Shown: positions 40,337 through 54,559 of the stretch, piece after piece | Numbering within the stretch: position 1 is the first letter of the stretch | Layout: each line of letters starts with the position of its first letter | Origin: Octopus vulgaris | Lineage: Eukaryota | Length of the DNA: 64,000 bases | Direction: 5' to 3' | NCBI GenBank assembly: GCA_951406725.2 | Contig: OX597821.1 | Span: forward strand, 74,214,001 to 74,278,000 | Translations under genes and position numbers: made by a program | The notes under the pieces: generated by a model | The model's input: only the letters and a program-made list of their open reading frames with translations | Database searches by the model: none | What the model was told of the DNA's origin: nothing

Positions 40337-41298
40337 TAGAGAGAGAGAGAGAGCGAGTGATTGAAGGAGAGCCAGAAACAGAAAGAAACAATGTGCGTGT
40401 GTGTGTAATATGTGTATGTGTGTATATATGCGTACATGTGTGTGTGTATGTGCGTGTGACAGAGAGTGAGAGAGACAGAGTGAGAGAGTGGCTGAGTGAG
40501 AGAGACAGAGAGAGTGGGTGAGAAAGAAGGATGGAGAGAATGGGAAAGAGAGGAAGAGAGGAAGAGAGAGTGAGAGAAAAATGAAATATCAATTTAGTGA
40601 AATTTAGGGAGGTGGAGGCTATAGTGGTAGTGGTAGGAGTTGTGAGAGAACTGTGGGGGGCCAATGGGGAGGTTGGTTGGAAAATCATGTTACAGATAAG
40701 GGGGGGTTGAATGAGGGGGAGGGTGGTGGTTTAAGCGATGGCAGTGTGAATTTTGCTGCTATTTATGATGTTGTTGGTGGTGATGGTGGTGGTGGTGATC
40801 GTGATGGTGGCAGTTGTGAAAGAAACTTTATGGTGGAGCTGGCAACGGTGGTGGGAATATCATGGTGGGGAAGGTGGAAGACGTTATTTTGATTATGATG
40901 ATGGTGGCGGAGCTGAAGTGGTGATGGCAGAAAAATCAGAGGGAAACTAAGAGAGAGAGAGTGAGAGTGAGACAGAGAGATAGAGAGAGAGGGAGACAGA
41001 GAGAACGAGAGGATGAGAGAGAAAGGGAAGAAAAGGAAAAGGAGGAGAAATTGAAGCACGTTTAGCGAAAAGGTAAAAAGGGAGCGAATAATGATTGATA
41101 GAAATGATGATGGCAACCGACTGAGTGACAAAAGATTGATGGTAGTGAATCAAAGAGAGGAAGAAGTGTGCATAAAAGAGAGAGAGAGAGAGAGAGAGAG
41201 AAAGAAAGAGAAAAGAGAGAGAGAGGTAAAATTCTGCATTTATTTGTGCATCTGTAAATGCATATATATATATATATATGTGTGTATATATATGTATG

Positions 41299-41436
<138 letters not shown>

Positions 41437-41545
41437 GGGCTTAGTAAAATAAATTACTTTGCCACATACTGAACTTTCTAGAAATAGCAGCCTTGGTGAA
41501 ATTGATTAATAACTAATTAATTTTACCCTCAATTGTTGATATTAT

Positions 41546-41775
<230 letters not shown>

Positions 41776-41811
41776 TTGGGTGAGTTGTATCCAGTTTTGT
41801 TCAAGTATATG

Positions 41812-41890
<79 letters not shown>

Positions 41891-41893
41891 ATG

Positions 41894-42118
41894 CAGTAAT
41901 CCCTCACTATTTCGCGATTTACCTGTCTCGGATTATTATTTATGCTTACGTCGATTCCTCCGTGATGTTGTTTTTGCATTTATAAGAAAATAAATATATA
42001 CAAATTATAAAATATTAAAAAAGTATATACATAGTACAATACTCTCTCTACTTCCCGGATTTTCACTTATCGCGCGGTCTTTCGGAACGTAATACGGGTG
42101 ATAGTCGAGGGATTCCTG
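41894..42118. mobile_element. Tigger/pogo-type MITE
   Basis: TIRs CAGTAATCCCTC and GAGGGATTCCTG, internal CACTTATCGCG subterminal motif. Confidence 0.65.
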
Positions 42119-42134
42119 TGTATATTCCTGGTAG

Positions 42135-42305
42135 GGTTCATGTGGTTAGCGGGTTACTACCGGTAACCTTAGGTATCCACAAGTTTTCAGCTGTTTTTCA
42201 AATGCGTAGAACCCTCATGAAAATCCTTGCTGTCCCTAAGAGTCAATCTTTCTTTGGGAGCTCTACCGGTCATTCAATTTCAATCTCTTTCTGCCATTTG
42301 TCTAT
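42135..42305 (-). mobile_element. R4/Dong-like non-LTR element 3' fragment
   Basis: Minus strand IDKWQKEIEIE*PVELPKKD*LLGTARIFMRVL resembles the LQKxxLLGTARILRxVL C-terminus. Abuts (ATC)/(ATT)n. Confidence 0.7.
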
Positions 42306-42430
<125 letters not shown>

Positions 42431-42435
42431 CATTG

Positions 42436-42466
<31 letters not shown>

Positions 42467-42474
42467 CATTATTA

Positions 42475-42515
<41 letters not shown>

Positions 42516-43541
42516 GAGTGAGAGAGCAGTGCATGCCATCAAAGTGACACTGGGGTAAAATATACGAAGCCCAATATATCCATCATGACTACCCGTCTGA
42601 TAAGGGTACACCAGGCACATGCATCACAACGATATGTGCGCGACATGGTGATCTCATATCAAGATAAACAGCGCATGACCTTGCAGGTGGGGCCCAGTTA
42701 GAATTTTCTTCAGGTTGAGTAGCCCATCCCGCTCAAAAGGTCCCTGAATAAGGGTTGTTTAAGGATGTTGAAAGAACCACCCATGTTTCCAGAGGTGAAT
42801 TATTCAAACCCCAAAGAATCCCTCTCCACACATGGCTATGATGCTCCCCCACTACTTCTGCTCGTGATCAGAGATGCACATATCGTCAGCCACTAAGGGA
42901 CATGCTCAACTGGTTAAGTTCAAACAACTGACAAGCAAATCTGTGGTATTGAGCAGAATATTTGCTGTAGCCCATCTTTTATACCAAGACAAGAGTGCAG
43001 TGCATGCTATCAAGGTTAGACTGGAGTAAAATATATGAAGCCCAGTATAGCCATCATAACTACCCGTCTGATAAGTGTAACCAGGCACATGCATCACAAC
43101 CATATGTGCGTGACATGGTGAACTCATATCAAGATATGCAGTGCAAGACCTTGCAGGAGGGGCCCAGTTAGAATTTTCTTCAGGTCGGGTAGCCCATCTC
43201 GCTCAAAAGGTCCCTGAATAAGGATTGTTTAAGGATGTTGAACGAAACACCCATGTTTCCAAAGGTCTATTATCCAAACCCCTAAAGGATCCCTCTGAAC
43301 ACATGGCTATGATACTCCCCCACTACTTCTGCACATATTGCCAGCCACTAAGGACATGCTCAACTGGTTAAGGTGAAACAAATGACAAGATCAACAATCG
43401 GCAAGCAAATCTGTGGTAATGAGCATAATATTTTCTGTATTTGCCCATCTTTACACTAAGAAAAAACAAGGTACATGATCACACTTCTGATCTGTTAGGA
43501 TCAGAAGCCATGAGAGCCACTGCCTGGTGCTATATTAGGGC
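42516..43541 (-). mobile_element. Tandem pair of a non-coding retroposon (family D) ending in (TAA)n
   Basis: Direct repeat units 42516-42992 and 42993-43541. The tail CACTTTGATGGCATGCACTGCTCTCTCACTC-AATAAT also occurs, slightly diverged, on + at ~36470-36510. Confidence 0.8.
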
Positions 43542-43549
43542 ATAAAAGA

Positions 43550-43668
43550 CGTTTACAGCACCTAAGTTTCCCAAGCGGTCACCCATCTAAGTACTAACTA
43601 GGTTCGACGTTCCTTAACATAGGTGATCGGACGAGAACCGCTGTTGTCATCGTGATATGGCCGTAAAG
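43550..43668 (-). rRNA. Divergent full-length 5S rRNA copy (probable pseudogene)
   Basis: Minus strand CTTTACGGCCATATCACG...CGGTTCTCGTCCGATCACC..GTTAAG..ACGTCG...GTTAGTACTTAGATGGGTGACCGCTTGGGAA...GGTGCTGTAAAC, followed by GTCTTTT. Confidence 0.9.
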
Positions 43669-44046
43669 CGGTAACAGAACCTAGTTGTTGTTGTTGTTGT
43701 TATTGTTGTTGTTTTTGTTGTTGTTGTTCAACGTTTGATAGCCTGAGGTAAATTTTTACAGTGTGCAGCACTGTTTTTTGTTGTTGTTGTTGTTGGGAGT
43801 ATGCAAACTCTTCCCGGTATTGTACTGCGTTACTTTCTTTTCTTTTTTGAGGTATGGTGCAATCTTTTTAGTGTTTGTATTGTGTGTTGTGTGTATAATG
43901 TGTATAATGCGTTGGTTATCTAGCCTGTTGGTGCAAGTTTATTTCATTGGATATTTTCTTCCGATCTTCCTTCCTGTTTCGTTTCGTTTCGTTTCGTTTC
44001 CTTCTTTCTTCCTTTGTTTTTTCATGTCTTTCTTACTTGCTCTTTG

Positions 44047-44125
<79 letters not shown>

Positions 44126-44209
44126 ATATCTATCTGTCTATCTGTCTGTCTACTGTCTGTCTATCTGTCTGTCTATCTATCTATCTATCTATCTACCTAT
44201 CTCTCTCTC

Positions 44210-44325
<116 letters not shown>

Positions 44326-44634
44326 CATGTACGTATTGATTCCGTTTCTCTGTGTGCGTACCCAAATACATTATGTACAAAAAAATCAAAACATACGTAG
44401 AGCGTATTCATTATTGTATTATAGCATCTTTATTCCATGTTTGTGTAATTCAGAAAGGGCGAGGAGGAGAGGCACAGGATGAAATGTACGATAATATTAA
44501 GAACGACAAAAACAGCAACAACAATAATAATGGCAATGATATTATTTATAACATTATTAATAATAATAAGAATAATAATAATAATGATAATAATAATAAT
44601 GATGATGATGATAATAATGATAATAATAATGATG

Positions 44635-44692
<58 letters not shown>

Positions 44693-45570
44693 TGATGATA
44701 ATAATAATAAAGAATGAAAGAAGGTGGAAGAGGAAAGTAGAAGAGATGGAAAGAAGAGGAGGCGAAACGAACAAAATGGAGGACAAAATCATTTTTTGTT
44801 ATCAAACATATTTTCGTTTTCCTTTTCATTAATTCTTGATTTCTTTTGTATGTTTTTATGAATGAAACGGAGGCTTTTAAAAAGCATTTCAAATCATAAC
44901 TGGTATTATTACAATTCATTTTTCTGTCTGGGATGTTTCCTCTCGCATACACCACCACCCCACCCTCCATCACCGCTTTGTCGTTATCGTCGTCGTAATC
45001 CGAACACACACACAATCACCTTGTAAATCACTTCTCTATCTATCTATCCAATACACTGTTGGTTTAACTTGGCGTTCGCAGATAATGGCATGTCATTTCC
45101 CATAGATTAAACTGAATATTTTTGAAAATATTATTTGGTTTTTTTTTTGTCCTTTTCTTTTGCCAAAAGAACAAAAGTAGATAGCTTTTTGCTTGATTTC
45201 TTTTTTCTTTTTTTGTTTATTTTATTTTCTATTTCGCTCTACCCTTGCAGCAATTAAATAACAATTTTATTGAAATGAAAATTGGGGAAAACATGTACAG
45301 TTAGAAACCGCCGTTATTGCAACAACAACAACGATAACTGCAACAACATTAACAACAACAACAACATTTTCTTTCATAGGAAATAAAACGGCGGAACACC
45401 GAAGCAGGCATACGACTCTACGCGGTCATATACACACAAACACGAAAGTTGTGCATACACACACATGCATAAACACACACACACACGCACACATACACAA
45501 ACATACATACATTTATGTAAGTGTGTGTGTGTAATATATACCCATATATATATATATATATGTATGTATG

Positions 45571-45684
<114 letters not shown>

Positions 45685-45856
45685 GAGAAAACCACGATAT
45701 GATTTTATCCCTTTCTATATCGCTGTTGCATTTGAAACTCTGGTTCCAAGTATACGTGTTTGTATCTATGTGTATAGACATGTACATATATGCATATTTA
45801 TATGCACAATCAAATATAAATGAATATATATATTCGTATACAAACGTGCATATGTG

Positions 45857-45920
<64 letters not shown>

Positions 45921-45954
45921 TACATAAGTATCCTTTTATATATGTATGTATCTT

Positions 45955-45987
<33 letters not shown>

Positions 45988-46016
45988 ATATATATGTGTG
46001 TGTGTGTGTGTGTATA

Positions 46017-47171
46017 CAGGGTGCGTAAGGAATTTGAGGAATACCTTTCTTGTGCCATTGCTGCGTTTTTTGCTAATTCTGTATAATCATTGTTTCAGAA
46101 AATAATAATGGCAGACCCTCAGCTTACTTAAGAAATGAAGAGGCATGCTGGTATTGTGGTCATAAAGGCTAAGCATAGCGATTTAGAAATATCTCGATTT
46201 CTATAAGTTGTTAGATCCTTCGTCTACAAAGATTGTAAGGAGCTAGAGACTGAAGATGGAAACATATCAAATGTATCAAAGCATAAAAAGCATTCTAAAC
46301 GCTCTGAAATATTGTCCACGAATACATCGATATAAATCTTATATGATGAGGAAAGGTCAATTTGTCAGAAAAAGGAAAAGAGAATCGCTACATCAGATCT
46401 CAACAGCTCTTAAACAAACTGAAAAATCCAACAGAAGAAAATTTGATTTGGTTTTTCTCAAACGAGAAAGACTTCGTCCAAGATTAAAAATTTAACAGAA
46501 GAAATAACAGATGGTTATGTGCAGAACCCTTCTAAAATTCCAAGTGTTATGTATACAAAATTTCCTGCAGCTGTCATAGTTTTAGGAGTTTTCAGCAATG
46601 AAGGACATGTGATGCCTCCTCACTTCTTTCCACAAGGACCTATAGTTAACTCTGCTGCTTACATGAAGGTCTTGGAAATAATTGTTAAGTCCTGGATACA
46701 CAATGTATGCAATGGAAGGCCATATGTGTTTCAATTATACTCTGCACTATCACACATGGCTCTTGTGACACAGGAATGCGTGGTTGAAAATTCTCATGAC
46801 CACATAACGCCTAACATTTGGCTTCCTAATTCCCCAGATCTCAATCCATTGGGCTATTACATATGGAGTGTTGTTGAGAGAGAGAAGGTCAATGAACATG
46901 CCCATAACACCAAAGATTCTTTGAAAGCTGCCTTAGTTAGAATAACGTCCAAAATGAACTAGGACCATTTGATTTGAGCATGTAGATGATTTAGATCTCA
47001 TATAGAAGCAGTTGTTGAAGCTGAAGGTGGCTTTACTGGATAACATTAATAGAAAAGAAGGTTTATTTTTATCCTCATAGGGTTTTCTGATAAATAAAGT
47101 TACTATCTGTTATTAGACATCTGTTTATTTTTATAAATATAAATCTATCCTTAAATATCTTACACACCCTG
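46017..47171 (+). mobile_element. Decayed maT/DD37D-like Tc1-mariner transposon with both TIRs
   Basis: TIRs CAGGGTGCGTAAGGAATTTGAGGA and TCCTTAAATATCTTACACACCCTG, TA TSD. ORF 46519-46962 has TKFPAAVIVLGVFSNEG...RPYVFQ...WLPNSPDLNPLGYYIW. Confidence 0.9.
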
Positions 47172-47205
47172 TATATGTGTATATATATATCAGGTTGTCC
47201 GGTAT

Positions 47206-47259
<54 letters not shown>

Positions 47260-47299
47260 CGTTTTTAAACCGCAATAAAGGATAAAAATTTTTAGACAT

Positions 47300-48005
47300 A
47301 CTCTCATCGTTATATATTTAAATAATTTCCATTGTTTTCTGCGACCTTAGTTCTGGTAAGCAGTATAAATATTCCATCGGCATGAAACTCAATTACTTTT
47401 GAGGAAAAGAAATCATCTAAGTGGATTTTGTCACCATTTAAATCATTAAACGATTTTCCTTTCACAGAGGTCTGTAGAGACAAAAACAAACGTTGCGCTA
47501 GATGGCGCAATATCAGGGTAGTATTGTGGATGGGGGAAAATATTCCGGCCTAGTCCATACAACTTTGTGTGGGCAGCCAAAGACACTGGTGGTCGAGCAT
47601 TGTCCTAGTGGGACGCAACCCTTTTCCTGTTGGAGAACACTGACCTCAATTCTTTGATCTTTTGTTCTAAATTCGCCACCTGACAACAGTACACATCAGA
47701 ATTGCTGGTCTGATTTTTGAGAGTATCTCATAGTAAACAATACCTTTGAAATCCTATCAGACACAAAACATAAACTTTTGAATGAATATTCTGCTTTGGA
47801 AGCTATTTTGGAGGATCCCCACGCAAATTCCAGGTTCTTTTTCACACTACATCATCGTAAACAATCCATTTTTCATCTCCAGTTAACATTTGTTTCATGA
47901 AAAGCTTATTTTCATTGCGTTTCAGAAGCATATCACAGACGGAATACGGGTCCATGCAGCTTTGTTCTGACTGTTTGTGTGGCACCCAAACACCCAATTT
48001 TCACT
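47300..48005 (-). pseudogene. Decayed mariner (DD34D) transposase
   Basis: Minus strand WVPH (~47977-47988), LTGDEKWIVY (~47857-47886), DNARP (~47591-47605) and C-terminal LFLSLQ..KGKSF..DDFFSSK..EFHADGI..ENNGNYL. Confidence 0.85.
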
Positions 48006-48387
48006 AAGCGTACATGAGCAGTAGTTTTGGAAAGTTCCAACTACTCTGCAAGTTCTCTAGGTTCTCTGGTTGTAATATTCGAGTTTTCTTCAATGATTTT
48101 GTTGAAGTTACAAGGATATGTCGTATGTGGAGTCCCACTTGTAGAAAATATAAATAAACAGTCCCGACTGCTATTTCTAACTTTTTCGGTATGCGGCTAA
48201 GCAACCTGTTGTCCGCCCCTTCTATTTATATACAATATATATATACTGAACTTTACAGAAGTTCCTACCATTAATGGTTATATTTACATGCCGAAATCTA
48301 CCAGTAAATAATTGTTTGTTTTTTGAAAAACCATCGAAGAAATTATTTACTCTTATTATATATATATATATATATATAATTTAACAA

Positions 48388-48453
<66 letters not shown>

Positions 48454-48725
48454 CATACAAACGTATGTACATCTCTCTCTCTCTCTCTCTCTCTTTCTAT
48501 TTATCTCGGTAACCTAGACCTGAATGAGACGGCCTTCTCGTAGAAGCCCGTGAAGCTTTTAGTCACGTGGAGCCTAACGTTAGATGTGTTTTCGTTGGTA
48601 AAGTTATGAAATGAGCCTGAAAGATTACTAGGAGATGGAGTCATGTTATATAAATCTGAAAATTTAATGAATCTTAAAAACATAAAACTATTACCAGCTC
48701 TTTTGTAATTGCATATATTAAATGA

Positions 48726-48756
<31 letters not shown>

Positions 48757-48764
48757 CGTGACAC

Positions 48765-49365
48765 TCCGTCGGTTACGACGACGGGGGTTCTAGTTGATCC
48801 GATCAACGGAACAGCCTGCTCGTGAAATTAACGTGCACGTGGCTGAGCATTCCACAGACAAGTGTACCCTTAACGCAGTTCTCGGTGAGATTCAGCGTGA
48901 CGAGGCTGGCCCTTTGGAATACAGGTACAATAGAAACAGGAAGAAAGAGTGAGAGAAAGTTATGGTGGAAAAGTACAGCAAGGTCCACTACCGCCTTCTG
49001 CCGGAGCCTCGTGGAGCTTTTGGCGTTTTTGCTCAATAAACACTCACAACGCCCGGCCCTGGAATCGAAACTGAGATCCTACAACCTATTTCTTTACTAC
49101 CCACAAGCGGCTAAACACAGAGAGGACAAACAAGGACTGACAAACGGATTAAGTCGATTGTATCAACCCCAGTGCATAACTGGTACTTATTTAATCAACC
49201 CCGAAAGGATGAAAGGCAAAGTCGACCTCGGCGGAACTTAAACTCAGAACGCAGCGGCAGACGAAATACGGCTACGCATTTCGCCTGGCGTGCTAACGAC
49301 TCTGCCAGCTCGCCACCTACAACCACGAGTCCACTGCTCTAACCACTGGGCCATTGCTCCTCCAC
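48765..49365 (-). mobile_element. SINE family B with nested SINE family A (49085-49317)
   Basis: Family A interrupts the family B tRNA head. CCTACAACC occurs at both junctions. Confidence 0.9.
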
Positions 49366-50356
49366 GCATATGTATATACTGCATGAGTACCCTGATTAGT
49401 ACTACTTTTCTTTTGCTACTTTTCCGACCGAACGGAAACTGAATCCATCTTTATCTTCATAATAACTACATTCTCTTTCCTTACATTCCCTTGAGTAACA
49501 AGTTCTAATCTCACGTGGTTGCACTGACAAAATCTGAAATTCGACCTGACGCTGAAGACGTTCATCTAAGATGGAATTTCACATATGGTACTAAAAATGA
49601 TGACTTTTCTAATTGCTGTCGCTATGAAATACTCAGATACAATTCTACAGTGAAATTGTATTTTTGTTCTTTGGAATACATAATTATGAAATAGTTTCTC
49701 CTCTTCATAAAAAAGCTAAAATAAATGACCCAAGACATACGACGAAAATACTAGTAGTTACTAAGATCGCATTTTGTTTTTTCTCCAAATTTTATTACTA
49801 GTTAGTGTTTCACAGCTTCATCCATTAAAATATTAATACTAACTTGACTAACAATTTCTTAGAAGAAAATGTCGAAGTTCGTTGAGGAGATTGGAAAGTT
49901 GTCGATTATTATCGACTCCCGTAAATGTTTGGTCCTGATTTTATCGACCATAAAGGGATGAAAGGCAAACATTTCGGTAACATTTGAATGCAGAACTACG
50001 TGCTTGTAGTCAGTCGTTTCTGCCACGCCAGTGCTGCCCTCTTTCGCATGGATAACATTATATTTTCGTCATCCTTTGAATTGAAGAAAGATTTTTTCCT
50101 TTACGAAACATAAACACGCGCTTCTAAAACACGCTTTAATGTCTTTTTATGTGGATTCTTCGACACACATGTGAACCTTCTCACAGCAGTTTGGTTTCAC
50201 TTAACCTCGCAGTCACAAAATTTTACATTAAATGTCTCAACGTCTATAACGTTTTCGAATTTAATCGCCATATACACGCGCACATACGCACAAACAGACA
50301 TATATATATACATGTCTATGCATATATATATATAAATGCATATACATACATATACG

Positions 50357-50408
<52 letters not shown>

Positions 50409-50449
50409 CACACGAACATACATACATACATAGATGCATACATACATAT

Positions 50450-50532
<83 letters not shown>

Positions 50533-50821
50533 TTGCACATATATTATTTGAAATTATATTACCAAACAATTTTATTTTTAATCAGATATCTTCTAAATAA
50601 ATTTCTCTCTCTAGTTTTCATGTATAAACAACAAAAAATCCAGGTGTATCAAAATAATATCTGTATATCTGTGAATATGTATACACACACACAAACACAC
50701 ACACACATACACACACGCACACACGTACGCATATAAACATACGGTAAAGTGGTACGTACAAAATATATGATACACATATACGCACACAGACACACAGACA
50801 TAGACATACATACATACATAC

Positions 50822-50854
<33 letters not shown>

Positions 50855-50886
50855 CGTATATATATATGTGTGTGTATGTATAATGA

Positions 50887-50925
<39 letters not shown>

Positions 50926-50964
50926 CACAATTTCTCACATGCACACTCACACATACACATATGC

Positions 50965-51047
<83 letters not shown>

Positions 51048-51358
51048 TACATACATGCATGGTAGTGATCCATTACCCGTATCGAGATCATAGAAGCCGG
51101 TGTTGCCATCATGATGAAGAAGATGAATTCTGGCTCCAAGTTGCAACAGTAAAGTTAAATTATTCTGAAAGTGATGCGAAATAAATTCTTTTGAAGTAAA
51201 GATTGAGCAAGTTTTATATTATAAAATCTCACTTGCTCTCCCTTCCACATCTCAACGGTTTCGATCCCTCTCTATGTCAGTCGGTCGCTCTTTTTTTCTT
51301 TTTCTCTCCCTCTCTCTTTCCTTCTCTCTCTGTCACCACCTCTGTAAATATATATATG

Positions 51359-51393
<35 letters not shown>

Positions 51394-52334
51394 ACGTATG
51401 TGTGTGTGTATACATACATACACACACACATATATATATATATGCACCTATATACGTATGTATACACATATGCGTGCATATATATTCACCATCACTACAT
51501 CTATGTTTGTGTGTGTATGTGCCTGTGTTTTTGCATCTTTATGTATGCATCATTGTTTTTCTATGCATGTGCATAGCCATCTTGTTAAACTGGCGCTGTC
51601 TCCAATAAAGAAAAAAAACGACTTCCACTAGTTGCCCAGTTTCATATTCTTGTTGTGTATGAACGCACATGTGAGGCAAGCATGTGTATACGTCTGTCTG
51701 TATGTATGCATGTGTGTATGTGTGTGCGTGTGTGTGTGCGCGCGTGTGTGTGTGTGGTAATTTGAATGTTACTGTTAACTTTTATTCACTCCTACGTGTT
51801 ACAGTGCCGGGTAGTCGGTGGTTAATCCATCTCACCCCCGGGTGAGTTGTGGGAGAAAAGTACTACGGAGAAGAGTAGTCGAAACCTACCCGGACAAAAT
51901 TAAAATATATCAAAGTGTTTTACTGAGGAAAGGGTGAACCACTATCAATGGAAGAACTTGGTGAAGAAAGAACCGTTCAAGGCACTTTGATAATAATATG
52001 GTAGTAGCACTTCTTAGATGATCTTTCCGGGTGGTGAATTAAATAGGGTCCACAGCGTTGTTTGAAGCGGCCTATCCACGCGACCCTTGTACTTTTTGAT
52101 AGAATACAGAAATATGAACGTTAAAGGACCACGCCCTGAAAGACAAAAAAATTGTGGTATTCTGCTTCATTGTGATTTCCGAAAGACTAGATTTCCGCTT
52201 GGTTGTTGTCAGCGAGTGAGCTGACATCTTATCAAGTTTGACTGCGTCAACTTCATAAGGTGTCAACTTATACGCTGAAAGATGCACTGCCCGCTGCTGT
52301 GTGTTCCTGCTTAAGTAACATAACACAAACATCG

Positions 52335-52712
52335 TGGCAGTACGTCGGTTGCGATGACGATGGTTCCAGTTGATCCAATCAACGGAACAGCCTGCTCGTG
52401 AATTTAACGGACATGTGGATGAGCACTCCACAGACACGTAAACCCTTAACGTAGTTCTCGGAGAGATTCAGCGTGACAAAGATTATGACAATGCTGCCCC
52501 TTTGAAATACAGGTACAACAAAACAGGAAGAAAGAGTGAGAAAGTTGTGGTGAAGGAGTACACCAGGGTTCGCCACCACACCCTGCCGGAGTCTCGTGGA
52601 GCTTTAGGTGTTTTTGCTCAATAAGCACTCACAGTGCCCGGTCTGGGAATGGAGACCGCGATGCTACGACCGCGAGTTCGCTGCCCTAACTACTGGACCA
52701 TTGTGTTTCCAC
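52335..52712 (-). mobile_element. SINE family B, full length
   Basis: Homologous to 48765-49365. CATAACACAAACAT flanks both sides (52320-52333 and 52712-52725) as a TSD. Confidence 0.9.
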
Positions 52713-53720
52713 ATAACACAAACATACTCTGAACATACATGCCGGATTCCTGCGTTTATCTGGATTCAGATGAAAATTTGAATCTTTAATATAGAACTGG
52801 TGTAAAATTTGGTATAATTCCCAAGTGCCATAATTAACAAGTTAATGATTTGCAAACAACGTTAATCACCTATCGAGTTTTAGGTTCAAATTGTATCTTG
52901 CGCTGTCTTTTTTTTTCTCCATCTAGAACTATTTGGCTTATGTATTTCCATAATAAAGAAAATATACAAACATATTTTGACACCTCTGAATTAATATCCA
53001 ATAAATAGAATACTAATCTGTTAATTGAATTATAAATAATATAAAAACACATTCCTGTTAGGAACGCTATAAACTTGTTCGAATTCGGCTCCATTCGGAG
53101 GAATACGTAAGAATGAAATGAGCGACAAAATAGTTTTTATTTAGTTCTTAAAATTCTAAAGATATAGCCTGGCTAGAAAATAACTTTTATCGACAATTGC
53201 GTATATAAACACAGCTATGTAAATTCACAGTTTATTTAAAAGGAAAAGCACTCTTCTGAAAATCACGTGGTTATGAGTTTATAAAGATTTGAAGATAGAA
53301 AAAAATGATTTTGTTTTTCTCCCAGTTGGTATGAATTGGGGTGCACTTACAATTTACATTTTGGCGTTTGTTGTGATTAAATATTAATATGTATTTTCAT
53401 CAATCGTAATTTAATCAGCAATTAGTTTGTTTTAAAACGGGATCAGTAGGCTAAATACTAATTCATTAATTTATTCAAGAATTGGATTTGTTGGCTTTAA
53501 TATCTTCCCACCATAATTAACATAAAACTAAAAGTTAATTTGACTCACTACAGTTAGCGATAGCCTCATTCTTTGGGCGTTTCCTTTGTCCATGCATCGG
53601 ATAGAGTATATTCTGATCAACTACAGAGCATGCTTTTTACTAATTAGCAATTTTAAACTTATCATACGTTTAATTAACGCTAGATTTAGAGTATACTTAC
53701 ATTGATTCATTTCTCTGGAT

Positions 53721-53907
53721 CGGTGGTTCTTAACCTTTTTTTTACCTATAGATTCCTTTGACTCCTATCTTACACGGGTGGATTCTCGCAGCCATCCGAT
53801 GTTTAAAAAAATTCTATTATATCTTTATAATTAGATATTATTAGGAATTATATTAAAAAATTACATGGACCCGTTAGGGCCGTATGGACCCAGATTGAGA
53901 AGCCCTA
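53721..53907. mobile_element. hAT (Charlie-like) MITE
   Basis: TIRs CGGTGGTTCTTAACC and GATTGAGAAGCCCTA, internal ATGGACCC repeats, degenerate 8-bp TSD CTCTGGAT/ATCTACAT. Confidence 0.6.
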
Positions 53908-54559
53908 ATCTACATGGAGTTAAGAATATTTGTTTCCTTTGGCGAAGTCAGAGGAGAAAGGGCCACATTCTTGCCGTGTTTCCTCTTTTCTTATGACAAA
54001 TAAAGAGAATTATCCTCGGACCAAAAATCTGGTTTCAAGGCTTGCAGCAAAGTTGACTCCGCTAAACTCGTCCATACTCCACGTGGTAATGTTAAACTGG
54101 GCAATGGATCGGAGCAGGGTTTACCAACCGACAACAAGAACGTTTCTTTTCAAGGTGCTTTCGCAGTTTCAGTTTACCAAACTTCACTTGGAGGTTTTCG
54201 CTTGACTGTAGGCTATTGTAGAAGACACGATCTAGAACTAAGCAAACTGGTATTGGTCTGTGAAGACAAAATATTTATAAAATTTCGCCGGAGAGAAAAA
54301 TTCGACGGATTCCTTCTTCAGAGAGGACAAATATAGAGGCGAATACTTTGGTGTCTATGATACAAAAGAGAGAAAGAAGAGTTGAAAGAGAAGTGTGGTA
54401 CGTGTTGGGGGAAGGAAGGGGTAAGATTCTGAGTTGTGTGGGAGGAGAACGATACGGAACGAACTTGCAATGCATCTCCGTTTTGATAGACAATCCGAAA
54501 CTAACCACGAACTACCCGGTCATTTCACTGTAAAGACCTTGACATCGTTGTACAATCGA

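Noticed and set aside
43470-43541. HDV-like ribozyme at the 5' end of family D
   Set aside because: I could not build the nested double pseudoknot; only a simple hairpin (CTTCTGATC/GATCAGAAG) is present.
51058-51184. Short unique stretch as a host exon ([12 protein letters not shown])
   Set aside because: No polypyrimidine acceptor and no recognisable domain.
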